Numbered from the stretch's first letter, positions 26,115-40,908 are shown. The stretch is DNA of 64,000 nucleotides from Eledone cirrhosa (GCA_964016885.1 OZ024742.1:335296001-335360000); one strand, 5' to 3'. Made by a program: numbers and translations. Notes: a model not told the origin generated them from the sequence alone.

Positions 26115-27137
26115 CACTCAACGCGATCAGTCGCATATTTTGGCGTGAGAGACTATTTATTAAATTTAAGATGAATACTATCTCCGACAGTAATGCCACA
26201 ACTACAGCCAGGTTGAATAACTGGTTATTCTTCTAATTATCCCTTCTGAAGACACCTTTTATTCGAATTCGTAGAGATATCCGACTAAATACATAATTAA
26301 TTTTACAAGGATTTGCTACAAACAGCATGGCTGAACACAACATCAACAAATAACAAAGAAGGTAATCAAACTTTATTCAGTTGTAGCTACAGAAGAAACC
26401 GAAATTATAAATCGCATTTCTCTTGGAGTTGCGAACTTAATAATGATTTATTTAATTGTTATAAAATGGCAAAAGACAATCTCTCTATTGGCTATATGAA
26501 TAGAATGAAGCTACACTGGGACGAAATGCACCCAGAGCTAAATTATTTCACAGCGAAACAATTACGCCAACAAGCGACGTTTGTTGAACGTAAAAATAAG
26601 ATAAATATGATTAAGTCCCCCACAACAAACATGGAATCAACAACACGTGCTACAGATCGCCATGCTACTAGACTTCCTAGCAGCCAGGTCGAACAGCGCC
26701 TTGAAACAACTATGCCTGTAAGAAATTTGACACCACCTGTACCATCTAAGTCTACCTCGAATGCTGGGGAAAACACTATCGATAATAATAATAATCGAAG
26801 AAATAATAATAATAATCGAATAAATGTGACACCACGTATACCATCCGAGTCTACCTCGACTATCGATAATTATAATCAAAAGTATAAACAATTGAAAATT
26901 TCCCTCAACGAAATCTTCCAGAGAGAAATTAACTCATGTATAAATATCTCTCTGGCTGAACGTGTTAACACATGCACACATACAACTCAAAACATCCACA
27001 TCCACACATACAATAACATCCAATAACATATCTACCTAGTTGATGTTGTGTAAATTCCAATGCGAGCGTCTTGTGTCTATGTTAGAAACCGACTCTCTCT
27101 ATTGGTAAAACTTTGTGAAATTATAAAACCAGAAGAA
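26115..27137 (+). mobile_element. Internally deleted R4/Dong-like element (5' end with N-terminal domain fused to the 3'UTR)
   Basis: ORF 26313..27026 contains WSCELNNDLFNCYKMA..GYMNRMKLHWDEMHPE..KQLRQQA, resembling the Myb-like N-terminus of R4/Dong elements. From about 26968 it matches the 3'UTR at 33214-33406 and ends ATAAAACCAGAAGAA-(CATA)n. Confidence 0.78.
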
Positions 27138-27231
27138 CATAAATACATACATACATACATACACACATACATACATACATACATACATACATACATACAT
27201 ACATACATACATACATACATACATACATACA

Positions 27232-27264
<33 letters not shown>

Positions 27265-27393
27265 TACGGGCTCCTGCAGTTTCTGTCTACCAAATTTCAT
27301 TCACAAGCATTGGTCCACCCACGCACTGGGAATGAATCCGAAACCACGTGGTTGCAAATCGAGCTCCTTAACCACACAGCTATGCCTGCGCCA
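27265..27393 (-). mobile_element. tRNA-headed SINE fragment (second family)
   Basis: Reverse complement GGCGCAGGCATAGCTGTGTGGTTAAG...GGATTCATTCC gives A- and B-box-like motifs. Confidence 0.6.
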
Positions 27394-27779
27394 TGTTTGC
27401 TGTAGTTGTTATTGGTGTTGCTGCAATTGTTGTTAGTATTCGTATTCTGTAGCATAGCTTAAGGATGTTGTTGTTGGTGCTATTGTTGTTCTTGTTATCA
27501 TTGATTTCGGTTTTGTTGTTGTATTTTGTGACTTAGTAGTTTTTATCGGTGTTGCTTTTGCAGTTGTTAATATAGTTGTTGTTGTTGTAGTTTTTACTGT
27601 TGCTGTCGTGGTTGTTCTTGTTGTTGCTGTCGTAAAGCACTCAGATGACACAGTATCGATCTGTTTCCGATGTATATAGCGCTTTAGTTCAATTTATTTG
27701 AATTTTTTTTCATTTTGCCATTCTAATCCCATATTTCCATATTTCAAGGAAATTTTTTGTCTGTTTCTACTTTAAACCA

Positions 27780-27845
<66 letters not shown>

Positions 27846-27861
27846 TCTCTCTCTCTCTCTC

Positions 27862-27914
<53 letters not shown>

Positions 27915-28128
27915 TTTCTCTCTCTTCCTTTCTCACTCTCTCTCTCTCTCTCTCTCTCACACACATACACACACAAACACACTCACTCTCTCTCTCTTTT
28001 TCTTTCTATCTACCTATCTCTCTCCCTCATACATACCTGTCTATATATTTATCCCTATATCTCTTTCTCTCTCTTTCATTTTCTATCTACCTATCTCTCT
28101 CGTTCTCTCTCTCTCTCTCCCTCTCTCT

Positions 28129-28214
<86 letters not shown>

Positions 28215-28369
28215 TTCTCAGGTACACATTCACGGACATGCACGAAACATAAATATGAGTGTGTATGTGTTTGTGGGTTTAGGTTTTTGTGTGTACACAC
28301 GAACACATACAAATAAATATATAAATACATACATTACATACATTTATATATATATATATATACACACAC

Positions 28370-28450
<81 letters not shown>

Positions 28451-28721
28451 ACTGTGTGTGTGACTGTGTGTGTGCGTGTGTCTGTGTGTGTACACAGTCA
28501 CACATGTAGCGACAGGTATTTCTAGTGAGGCTTCCTGTGTTTTCTATAGAGTGACTCTCACATTTCTTGGTTGTGTGTATGTCATGTGATCTGACTGCGT
28601 GATTCTTTGTCTGAAGATTTCACTAGAGTGTATCTGGTATTGAGCATTCTGTACTGGGTAACACGACAGTAGAACATGAGCTGACGTGTGTTGGCTGTGT
28701 GTCTGTGTGCCTATATATATA

Positions 28722-28817
<96 letters not shown>

Positions 28818-28818
28818 C

Positions 28819-28858
<40 letters not shown>

Positions 28859-28901
28859 CGTTTCTGAATTTGTTTAGCAACATGACCCTCCCGAAGCATA
28901 A

Positions 28902-28934
<33 letters not shown>

Positions 28935-28993
28935 CATATATATATATACATATTTACATATATATATATATACATATTTACATACATATAAAA

Positions 28994-29617
<624 letters not shown>

Positions 29618-29669
29618 GCATATATATATATATATTACATATGCATATATATATATATATATATATATA

Positions 29670-29705
<36 letters not shown>

Positions 29706-29726
29706 TATATATATACAGATATATGC

Positions 29727-29766
<40 letters not shown>

Positions 29767-29795
29767 GCATACCTATATATATATATACAGATATA

Positions 29796-29858
<63 letters not shown>

Positions 29859-30345
29859 GCATATATGCATATATGTATATATGTGTATATATATATGCAT
29901 ATATGCATATATATATATGTGTATATATATATACACACATTTATACACATAGGTGTATGTCTGTGTGTCTGTGACTATAACTGATATGAATCGTGTTTTT
30001 CAGTCTGCATATGTGTAAAGATAAGGTGAAAGAGACATAACAAATGCGAAAATGTATGTGTAAGTATATGTGTGCGCAAATATAGATATAGATGCTGTCT
30101 TTAGTGTATGTATGTACACGAGAGTGTGTGACTTTGCGCGGGCGTGTGTGTGTGTGAGCCAATGTTCATGTGTGTGTCGAAGTTATATGAATGCATGTGC
30201 AGACGAGGTCGAGAAATATTCAAAACACGCGAAAGTGTGTGCATATTTGTATATGCGCGTGTGTGAGTTTGTTAATATGTCTGCGTTTACATGTGTTGAG
30301 AAGCATCCGTGTTTGAATACGTATATATATATGTGTGTATACATG

Positions 30346-30425
<80 letters not shown>

Positions 30426-30441
30426 CATATGTATATATGTA

Positions 30442-30691
<250 letters not shown>

Positions 30692-30692
30692 G

Positions 30693-30727
<35 letters not shown>

Positions 30728-30728
30728 G

Positions 30729-30850
<122 letters not shown>

Positions 30851-30870
30851 TACACATATATATATATATA

Positions 30871-30901
<31 letters not shown>

Positions 30902-30928
30902 GAGTGTGTGTGTATATAAATATATGTA

Positions 30929-31004
<76 letters not shown>

Positions 31005-31242
31005 TACATGGGCCAACATGAGAGAGGGAGTGCACAAAACTAGAATTAAAGTGAATTACGAAGATTTTATTTGAGACTAAGAACCTCCCAACTCTTAAAG
31101 ATTTGTGAAAGTTTTAGTTTCACATACACATATACATAAATACAAACATACACACATACAAACATACATACATGCAAATATACATACATACGTACGTACA
31201 TACATACATACATACATACATACATACATACTTACATACATA

Positions 31243-31456
31243 CATGGTGGCTGCCAACTCGTTTTCGAGTACGGCCACTACTTTATATCCATGTAGGAGA
31301 ACCCCTACCGATGCGCTGAACGAGTGACTATTTAGTCCAGCCAGCGACTTGAAAACTCTGGTACAAACACTACACTTGTGACAATTACTGACACATAGTG
31401 CTGGGCACATCGTACCATGTGACGACAAGTGCAGAGAGATCTCCAGATATAAAGCA
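31243..31456 (-). mobile_element. Bipartite RTE-derived element, truncated copy C
   Basis: Matches the 3' part of copy B. Flanked by (CATA)n. Confidence 0.85.
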
Positions 31457-31504
31457 TACATACATACATACAAACATACATACATACATACATACGTACA
31501 TACT

Positions 31505-31743
31505 GATATGTGCACATATAACTCAAAACACGCAGATCCGCACAAACATTAACATAAACATATACACACACACACAAACACACACACACAAAGACACATA
31601 GAGACACACACAGCCACACAGACAGACACGCGAACTCACACACATGCATACATACAGACATATTTGCCTGGTTGTCTTGTGTGTATGCTAGAAACCGGCT
31701 ATCACTATTGGTAAAAAGTTATAAAATAATAAAACCAGAAGAA
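31505..31743 (+). mobile_element. 3'UTR remnant of a Dong-like element
   Basis: Ends GTCTTGTGTGTATGCTAGAAACCG...ATAAAACCAGAAGAA-(CATA)n, like the termini at 27137 and 33406. Confidence 0.75.
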
Positions 31744-31843
31744 CATACATACATACATACATTCATTTGTTCATACATACATACATACATACATACATAC
31801 ATACATACATACATACATACATACATACATACATACATACAAA

Positions 31844-32447
31844 CATGGTGGCTGCCAACTCGTTTTCGAGTACGACCACTACTTTATATCCATGTCGGAG
31901 AACCCCTACCGATGCGCTGAACGAGTGTGACTTTTTAGTCCAGCCAGCGACTTGAAAACTCTGGTACAAACACTACACTTGTGACAATTACTGACACATA
32001 GTGCTGGGCCCATGGTACCATGTGATGACAAGTGCAGAGATCTCCAGATATAAAGCAATGCCTGTGCCGTGAAGCTTTTATAGTGATCAAAGGCACTGCA
32101 TAAAGCCAGTCCTGATCTCTTAACCAAGATGATATTTACCAAAAAGAAGAACAAGTCAACATTATTGGATACCATCAGGGTTGCAGGTGTTATATCAGAG
32201 TTTTCTTTCTCCTAGAATTCTTCCTTGACAAAGGCTAAGGGGTCATCTCTCCCGGTGATTTTGGATGGCCATTGACTATTAAGAGCTCGTTTGACCTTTG
32301 ACAGGTTTTGTTTTTAGTCCTGCAGGATGTCCAAAATCACCCTCCTCACCAAGAAACCTTAGTGGGGTTGCCAGTTTAGTCGCCATAGACCGACCATGGG
32401 ACAGGTTGTACTGGAATACATGTTACCAGTAGCACCAACTGGAGACC
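31844..32447 (-). mobile_element. Bipartite RTE-derived element, near full-length copy D
   Basis: Homologous to copy B over about 600 bp. Encodes HLSSHG..CHKCSVCTRVFKSLAGLKSHTRSAHR. Confidence 0.88.
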
Positions 32448-32536
32448 ATACATATATACCTGACATACATACATACATATATACATACATACATACATAT
32501 ATACATACATACATTTATTCATAGATACGTACATAC

Positions 32537-33406
32537 ATGATTCACAAAAGAGATAGGGATGCAGGCAAAACACCTACATGTGATAACAAGTGCAGACTCT
32601 GCAGAAATAACATCGAATATATCACCCCTGTCATAAGCAGCTGTCCAAAGATGTCATCGCGGTACTATCTACCTATGAGGCATGATGTAGTGGCCAAAAC
32701 ACTATACAATGCAATCCGTAGAAAAGATAGCCCCGATACATTAAAAGCTACAGCAATGTGGAATACATACATATACATAATATGAAAGAGTACTGGTGGA
32801 ATGTTCCAGTAAAAACCCCCCAAAAATGCAGGCATAACAGACCAGATATTATGATATGGGACAGCGAGAAGAAAACATGCACAGTAGTGGAAGTTAGCTG
32901 CCCAGCAGATGCCAATATAATATCAAAGATTAGCAAAAAGGAGAATATTTATGCAGAACTGATGAGAAATCTGCAGATACTCCACCCTGATTACACCCTC
33001 ATATTTATGCCTGTGGTTATTGGGGCACTGGGATATGTTAGTAACTGCCTCAATACAAATCTTGAGAAGCTGGGCTTCCCAGGAACAGAAATAACACAAC
33101 TAGTTCGGAAATTACAAGTACAATCCATTAATGGAACAGTAAAAATATGTAAAACATTCCAAACATTTTGCATCTAATAACTGCATATACACATGTACAT
33201 ATACTAAGCATATACACATGCAAACATACAACTCAAAACATCTACAGCCACACATACAATAACATCCATATCTACACATGCATGCAGACATGCAGACATA
33301 TCTACTTAGTTGATGTGTAAATTCCAATGAGAGAGTCTTGTGTCTATGTTAGAAACCGACTCTCTCTCTATTGGCAAAAATTTGTGATATTATAAAACCA
33401 GAAGAA
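32537..33406 (+). mobile_element. 5'-truncated R4/Dong-like non-LTR element (CCHC plus restriction-like endonuclease, frameshifted)
   Basis: CRLCRNNIEYITPVISSC (degenerate CCHC), RHDVVA, NRPDIMIWD..TVVEVSCP..KKENIY (PD-(D/E)xK RLE), PVVIGALG. Frameshift near 32750. (CATA)n at both ends. Confidence 0.88.
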
Positions 33407-34016
33407 CATACATACATATTAGTTCGATTTGTACCTTTTTGTATCTATCTTTTTTATTCACATAACTAACCCGCTTGAGTGCTTAGGTACTCATTCAGTT
33501 CTTTGAATATCCTGCCAACGTGTTTTCCCCCTCAATGGCAGACTTCAACCGCCTACCACTTTATAAGGTCACAGCTGCTGCTGTTTGAAACTACTATCGC
33601 TATGATATGCCAGTTTGACTGTACCAATACTTGGAGTTCAGGTTATGTAATATATAGCAATATTACATGATTTCTGAGAGTAGCACTTGCTGCTGAAACT
33701 GTTGCACACAGAATGTAACATAGAAACTACCGCAGTCCGGATGTGTTTTGTATACCCTCATGCCGCTGTGTGTTTACTAATTAACGTAATGTGTCCCGTC
33801 TGAATTATAAGTTGGTATATATATATATATACACACACGTGTGTGTGTGTGTGTGTACATTGTTATATTTGCAGGTGGTCATATCTCAGTATTGCCAATC
33901 TCAAAACAAAAGCGAACATGGAGTAGAAGTTAGAGACCAGAAAAAAAGGAGGCACGAAAGAGAACAGATTGTCATTGGGGAGGTCACAGAAAGTATATAT
34001 GAGAATATATATACAG

Positions 34017-34061
<45 letters not shown>

Positions 34062-34146
34062 GTAATAATAATAAAATTGAAGACTAAAATCCAAAGAGGG
34101 CTCGATAAGGAAAATATATATCAAATATATAAGAACCGTAGAGCAA

Positions 34147-37100
34147 ATATTTATTAAAATAACAGATTAAAGTTTAAGCAAAGAATCGCTGCTTTCACCC
34201 TTAACGGGATCTTCTGAAACTAACAAAGTCAATCTGTAAACGCAGAACTGGATATTTCAAAAAACGTTGCAACCGGAGGAAGACAGGAAGACGATACTTT
34301 GGTTCGTGGTAACGTTCGCTGGCAAAGAACGGGAAAAACGAATAATACGTCATTAATAGGAGCGGTGAAAAACAATTACGCGCAAAGACAAAACCACGTT
34401 TATGGTATAAAAGAGGTCGTAGACTAATGTTCTCTGAGGTGGTGCATAGAGACGTTCTCTGGCAATGAACGAAAAAACGAAGATAATAAGTCATATGTGG
34501 AGCGTGGAGAACAATAGCACGCAAAGACAAAACCACGTAAATGGTATAGCAGAAATCGTAGACTAAAATTCTAACTAGGAGACCAAATGAATCTCCGCTA
34601 CAGAGTTAAGAACAAAGTAAATAAATACAATACAGAAGTAATAGAAACAAATAAATACATACACGCAAACAGATACGTACATACACAAGCATACGCAAAA
34701 CCTTACCATGGGTATACAAAACCACTGTACCCTGAAGGATCACAAATCCAATTTTCCGAACAACCCCTCTATTCGGCTTATTAACCCTACGAAGTCCGAT
34801 TTAGGTAGACTTAGTAAAACGATTCTTGATAGAATTATACCTGAAATTAGAAGTTTGGCCCCTCTCGCACTGTGGAACAATTCTTTCGCGGTGATTGATT
34901 GGTTCAACGGCATATGTAACAAGGAACATTGCCGTTTTATCCAATTCGACATCAACAATTACTACTCCTCCATCACTTTACCACTTCTCCTTAGAGCTAT
35001 CAATTTCGCTAAAACACTCACAGTGGTTAAGGATTTTGAAGTTGATGTCATCCTTAATGCCCGAAAGTCGGTGATTAATTTCGACGACTCTATTTGGATT
35101 AAAAAATCCAATAGTACCCCATTCGACGTGAGTATGGGCGCCAGTGACTCTGCGGAGGTTACTGATCTTATTGGCCTTTTCCTTCTTTTCTCTATCAAGG
35201 ACGAATTCCCCAACGCGGGCGGTGGTTTGTACCGTGACGATGGTCTTTTGACCATGACTAAGTGCGGACCTCGTGCTTGCAACAGGTTCAGAAAAGAACT
35301 CACAGCCTTCTTTAAAGGCTTCAACCTCTCTATACAGGTTGAGGCCAATCTCTCGGTCGTTAATTACCTCAACGTTACTCTCAATTTATTGAATGGGTTG
35401 TATTACCCGTATAGAAAGCCGAATGATACGCTTAATTACATAAGTAAGCATTCCAACCATCCTGCCAGCATAACCAAGAACCTGGTAAGAAACGTTTCGT
35501 TGAGGCTTTCCCGTCTTTCCACCAACGAGCGCATTTTCAACGACCATTCCACTTATTATAATGAAGCTCTTGCTCGAAGTGGATTTGTCGATAAGGTAGC
35601 ATATACAGAGTACGAAAATAGACCTAGAAGAAATAGATCCCGTCGCATTTGTTGGTTTAACCCACCATATAATATGGAGGTGGCCACACCATTAGCTAAG
35701 ATCTTTCTTTCCCTTATTACGAAGCATTTTCCCCCCTACACATAAATATAGTAAAATTTTTAATAGAAATACTATTAAAATTTCTTACTCTACGACTCCT
35801 AACCTTGCACATAACATCACAGCTTCAAATTTAGCTAAACTACCTAGCCGTAGGAACACGTGCAACCCTGTAGTTAGTACTAACTGTAATTGTAGGAATC
35901 GAGCTGATTGCCCCCTATCCGGGAAATGCCTCTCTAGTAACATTGTCTACAAATGTAAGGTTGTAACACCCACGTCCCGTAGGGCCTACATAGGGTTAAC
36001 CGCCAATAGTTTCAAGCAGCGTCTTTACATGCATACCCATTCTTTTCGTTACCCTCTAAGAAGGAATATGACGTCACTTTCAGCTTATATCTGGAGTCTA
36101 AAAGACAACCACACCCAATATAAGTTACACTGGGAGATCCTAGCTAGGGCTAGATCGTATAACGGAAATAAAAGACCATGTGACCTCTGCGCCGCTGAGG
36201 CCCTGGAAATACTCTACGCTACAGACCACATCTTAAACAAAAAATCTGAGGCAATTTCGGCTTGTAAACATAAATTGCACAAAACTTTCCTGTATTACAG
36301 CCCCACGTTATACACTAACGGATAGCACGATCTATACGTGGATATTTTACGTCTTGATGTGGGAGCTAAGTATATGTTTTGTTTATTCCTTTACTTATTT
36401 GCATAGGTAAGTATATATTACCCGTATGTTTTGTGAAGGTATGTATACCTTCTCGTACGTATATTTGACTGTTATAGCGTATATTTTTTACATATTCTGG
36501 TATTTAGGGTTTGGCTATGTGTATACGGGAGTTTTGCGTCCGCGTGAGTGTGCAGGTTCGTACGTATGGTGGGTGTGTGTGTATGTGTACTTCTTGTTTT
36601 AGTTGACTTACGTCTCCGAACATTCGTGTATTTATATGTAGGTATGCGTGTGCGCTTGTTATATACGTATTTATTTACTTATATACGTTTATATAATTAT
36701 TTATTTATTTGTACACAAGCATACACACACACACATATTTATATGTGCGTGGTTTTGTATACCCATGGTAAGGTTTTGCGTATGCTTGTGTATGTACGTA
36801 TCTGTTTGCGTGTATGTATTTATTTGTTTCTATTACTTCTGTATTGTATTTATTTACTTTGTTCTTAACTCTGTAGCGGAGATTCATTTGGTCTCCTAGT
36901 TAGAATTTTAGTCTACGATTTCTGCTATACCATTTACGTGGTTTTGTCTTTGCGTGCTATTGTTCTCCACGCTCCACATATGACTTATTATCTTCGTTTT
37001 TTCGTTCATTGCCAGAGAACGTCTCTATGCACCACCTCAGAGAACATTAGTCTACGACCTCTTTTATACCATAAACGTGGTTTTGTCTTTGCGCGTAATT

Positions 37101-37327
37101 GTTTTTCACCGCTCCTATTAATGACGTATTATTCGTTTTTTCCCGTTCTTTGCCAGCGAACGTTTCCACGAACCAAAGTATCGTCTTCCTGTCTTCCTCC
37201 GGTTGCAACGTTTTTTGAAATATCCAGTTCTGCGTTTACAGATTGACTTTGTTAGTTTCAGAAGATCCCGTTAAGGGTGAAAGCAGCGATTCTTTGCTTA
37301 AACTTTAATCTGTTATTTTAATAAATA
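34147..37327 (+). mobile_element. Penelope-like element, 5'-truncated, with an inverted pseudo-LTR
   Basis: 34147-34725 is the near-identical reverse complement of 36749-37327. The interior codes RT and GIY-YIG. The 3' end abuts (TA)n. Confidence 0.93.
34729..36325 (+). pseudogene. PLE reverse transcriptase plus C-terminal GIY-YIG endonuclease, with a single +1 frameshift in the C6 run at 35731-35736
   Basis: TLKDHK..RLINPTKS, FIQFDINNYYSSI, SMGASDSAEV, LYRDDGL, WFNPPY. After the frame correction: KHFPPTHKYSKIFNRNTIKISYS, CNCR..CPLSGKCL, IVYKC..AYIGLT..FKQR..H, CDLC..E, LNKKSE, to the stop at 36325. Confidence 0.9.
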
Positions 37328-37338
37328 TATATATATAT

Positions 37339-37870
37339 TTGTAGTGGTCAGAGGTGGCTCTGCTGTCCCAAAGGCAGAGGAAGCATTGGAAATTGATAAC
37401 GCATCCTTGGAGTCCAAGCAGGAAAGTCACCATCTTGAAGTCTCCAATGATTTCCCAATTGTACTGGTTGTATTGCAGAGCTTCCAAGAGGACTTTCACA
37501 CTGAAGTAATCTTCCTTCAGGCAGACTGAATGAGCTAGGGGCAATGTCGGGAACGTGTTTCCATTGTGGAGGAGGACAGCCTTCAAACTTGTGGTGGAGT
37601 TCTCTATAAATAGCCGCCACTCCTTGGGCACAAACGGCACCCCAATAACGTCAAACAGTCCAGGCACGTCATGGCAGAAGCAGAGGCCATCCCTAAGAGT
37701 GTAAAAGCCTGAGAAAGGTTCGTGTCGACTTCTCTGACTTGTCACCTGCAGTTCCTCCTTGACCATGTTCCACTGCGTCATCCTGGAGACGAATAGCTCT
37801 GCATTGGACGTGGTCAGACCCATATCCCTGACCAAGTCATTGACTTCTTTTTGGTTTGGGAAGTGAAGAA
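37339..37870 (-). pseudogene. Chapaev3-like (CMC) DNA transposase fragment
   Basis: NDLVRDMGL..AELFVSRM..WRLFIENSTTSLKAVLLHNGN..LAHSV.LKE.Y..GDFKMV..LLGLQG...CFLCLWDSRA. The family assignment comes from recalled motif similarity. Confidence 0.7.
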
Positions 37871-38402
37871 CTTTTCTGGTACCCCAGTATCAATAAATCT
37901 CTTTAATCCACTTTTTAACAATTTTATACTTTATTGCACTTTTATAATTTTCTTTAGGTATTTTATCATTTTATTTATTTAATACTATTAGTTAAAAGTT
38001 GGTTATACAAAGTACTATTAACTTCAAAGAGATTTTTAGTTTTATCAGAAAGAACAAAAGTGTTTGTAGAATTTCTAAAATTAGAAATATCGACTGAGAT
38101 CTTCAGATGCTGTCCTCATCTGAAATCGCATCTGATCTGTAACTGGATTGACACTCCTATGATAAATCAACCGCCTTGAACTCCTACTCTGCTCTTTACT
38201 TCTGCTACGGTTTTTATTTTGCTGAATCTACGTTCTGTGCTCTTGTATATATATATTTTTTTTCTCCCTTACCTCCCCTTATATTTCACCTTCTCCTATG
38301 TCCCCCTCCCCCATATATTCTTTTTGCCTTGCCCTTCACATACCTATGTGTATGTGTATGTATATTTGTGTATATATATATATATATATATATATAAATA
38401 TA

Positions 38403-38461
<59 letters not shown>

Positions 38462-39131
38462 GATCGAGTATCGAAAAATCGGCGCACGAGTTCACGATAA
38501 ACGAGATTCGACATGAGCGGCAGAGGGCTCAATAATTCAGATGAATCAGAGCTATAACTATCGTTAAAATACCGTCACATATAGAACAAGTCTACAATCA
38601 ACCATACGATTTAAAATCGATAGAGGAAGATTCGGGACAAACAGATAAAAAATATCAATAAAACAATACGTCAATAATTTAAATGAATGTAAAATCATAC
38701 CCGGACCCACTAGACAGGTGTTAAATCTAGCTTCATGGGTTTCTGTAAATCCTTAGACTGTACTCTATCAGCTCAAATATAAATATAAAAGCCTACTAGA
38801 GTAAGCGGAACGGAGTTTTACTTTCTCAACGAGTTTTTTCCTGGCGGTAGAGGAGCCAACTACCAGTGAAAAACGCACATGGCATTAGACAAGGGAGATA
38901 ACCCCTATATCCGCGAAAACAATTCGAGTGAATGTGGAAATACACATATCGAATTAGAGTGCTCAATAGACATGTTAAAATAAAACAAAAGCTATTCATC
39001 ACTCAATAGAATCGACAAAAAATGAGCAATAAAATTAACTGGTGGATAGCAATTTTGATAGCAAAAATGTTTCCTTCAATCTTCAGAATAAAAAAAACCT
39101 GGTCTATCTACATATACATACATATACACAC

Positions 39132-39208
<77 letters not shown>

Positions 39209-39248
39209 GTGTGTGTATATGTATGTATATGTAGATAGACCAGGTTTT

Positions 39249-39307
39249 TTTCATTCTGAAGATTGAAGGAAACATTTTTGCTTTTAAGAAACCACTGGTG
39301 AATGGAA
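39249..39307 (+). ncRNA. Hammerhead motif with a non-cleavable GUG triplet
   Basis: TTTCATT-CTGAAGA-stem II-GAAA-CCACTGG-TG-AATGGAA. Direct-repeat partner at 40514. Confidence 0.55.
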
Positions 39308-40029
39308 TAATTGCCTTATGTTGCTTATTACTTTATTACTTTACTACTATATATATGTATATGTAAGGTTCATATGAATTATCTAAAACTGAGTTTTACA
39401 CACACACACATGTATATGTGTATGTGTGTGTATGTATATATATATATGTATGTGTGTGTGTGTGTGTTTGTATTTGGTTGTGCGTGTTTATCATATGTAC
39501 GTATTTGTATGTGTATAATTGTATAGCTATGTATGTATATGTATGTGTGTATGTATACATATATGTGTGTGTGTGTATTTTTATATTTATGTATATATAT
39601 ATATATATATATGTATGTGTATATAATTACATATACATATGTGTGTGTATAATTGTATACGTGTGCGTGTGCGTGTTTGTGCATGTATTTGTGTATGTGT
39701 ATGTATGTGTTTATGTATTTGTATATGTATATTTATGTGTGAGAGTGTGTGTATGTATTTACTATTTCGTACGTATGTATACGTGCATTTGTGTGTATTA
39801 CTTACCACGCGTGTCTGTCCAGTTACCTGCCGTTTGTATCGCTGTCAAAAAATTTTTTTTTATATTATTATATATTTTTTCTTATATTTATTTGCGTGTG
39901 TGAATATGTAGAGGAGTGCATTTATGTATGTGTATGTATGTACGTGTGTATATATGTATGATTGTGTGCATGTATGTATGTATATGTATGTGTGTATGGC
40001 TATGTTTGTGTATGTGTATGCTTGTACAC

Positions 40030-40095
<66 letters not shown>

Positions 40096-40315
40096 ATGTG
40101 TGTATGTATATGTATTTATATTTATGTTTCTATGTGTATGTATGTGTGTATATATGTATGTGTGGTTGTATATATGTATGTGTATGTATGGATGTGTTGA
40201 TATTTATGTGCGTATGTATATATGTGTATATGTATGTGTTTGTGTGTATTTATATACACATATATGTGTGTGTGTGTATGTATGAGTGTATGTATATGTG
40301 TATATATATATATAG

Positions 40316-40364
<49 letters not shown>

Positions 40365-40513
40365 CTTTTGTGTGTGAGTGTGCGTGTTTTTGTGTGTGTT
40401 TGCATGTGTAGTTTTATTTTATTTTTCCTTTCCTTCTTCCTTCTCCAGCCTCACTTTCATATTGATTAAATTTTTGTTTTTAAAATCCAAATTCAATAAT
40501 CAGACCAGGATTT

Positions 40514-40573
40514 TTTCATTCTGAGGATCGAAAGCAAAATCTTTTGCTTTTAAGAAACCACTGGTAAATGGAA
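40514..40573 (+). ncRNA. Minimal type-I hammerhead ribozyme motif
   Basis: Stem I TTTCATT/AATGGAA, CTGAGGA, stem II AAAGCAAAA/TTTTGCTTT, GAAA, stem III CC-ACT-GG, GUA triplet. Confidence 0.68.
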
Positions 40574-40598
40574 TAATTGCCTTATGTTGCTTATTACA

Positions 40599-40663
<65 letters not shown>

Positions 40664-40668
<5 letters not shown>

Positions 40669-40856
40669 AAAAAGTATGACCCCGACGGCAGAGCTCAAGC
40701 CGTTTCGACGGCTATTTCTGGACAGAAAGAATCTAGAAATAGTTGTCGAAACGGCTTGAGCTCTGCCGTCGGAGTCATACTTTTTCCTATTACCCACTCT
40801 ACTACCCTAAGTATTGAGTACTCTGGTGCGTTATGGTCCATCTGGTCTCCTTCGTT
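40664..40856 (+). mobile_element. Palindromic mini-element, copy 2
   Basis: Hairpin at 40664-40790 plus tail. Homologous to 8749. Starts in (TA)n. Confidence 0.82.
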
Positions 40857-40908
40857 ATATATTTTTTTTTTCCGGGTATGTCAATATTTATTTATAAAAC
40901 AAATCTGG

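Noticed and set aside
33670-33715. CTGAGA-hairpin-GAAA hammerhead-like motif (similar at about 38093-38140)
   Set aside because: The core lacks N7, and stems I and III do not close.
34201-34536. 111-aa ORF in the inverted pLTR (mirror at 36938-37246)
   Set aside because: No ATG start or domain, the frame differs between the two arms, and it lies in UTR-like repeat sequence.
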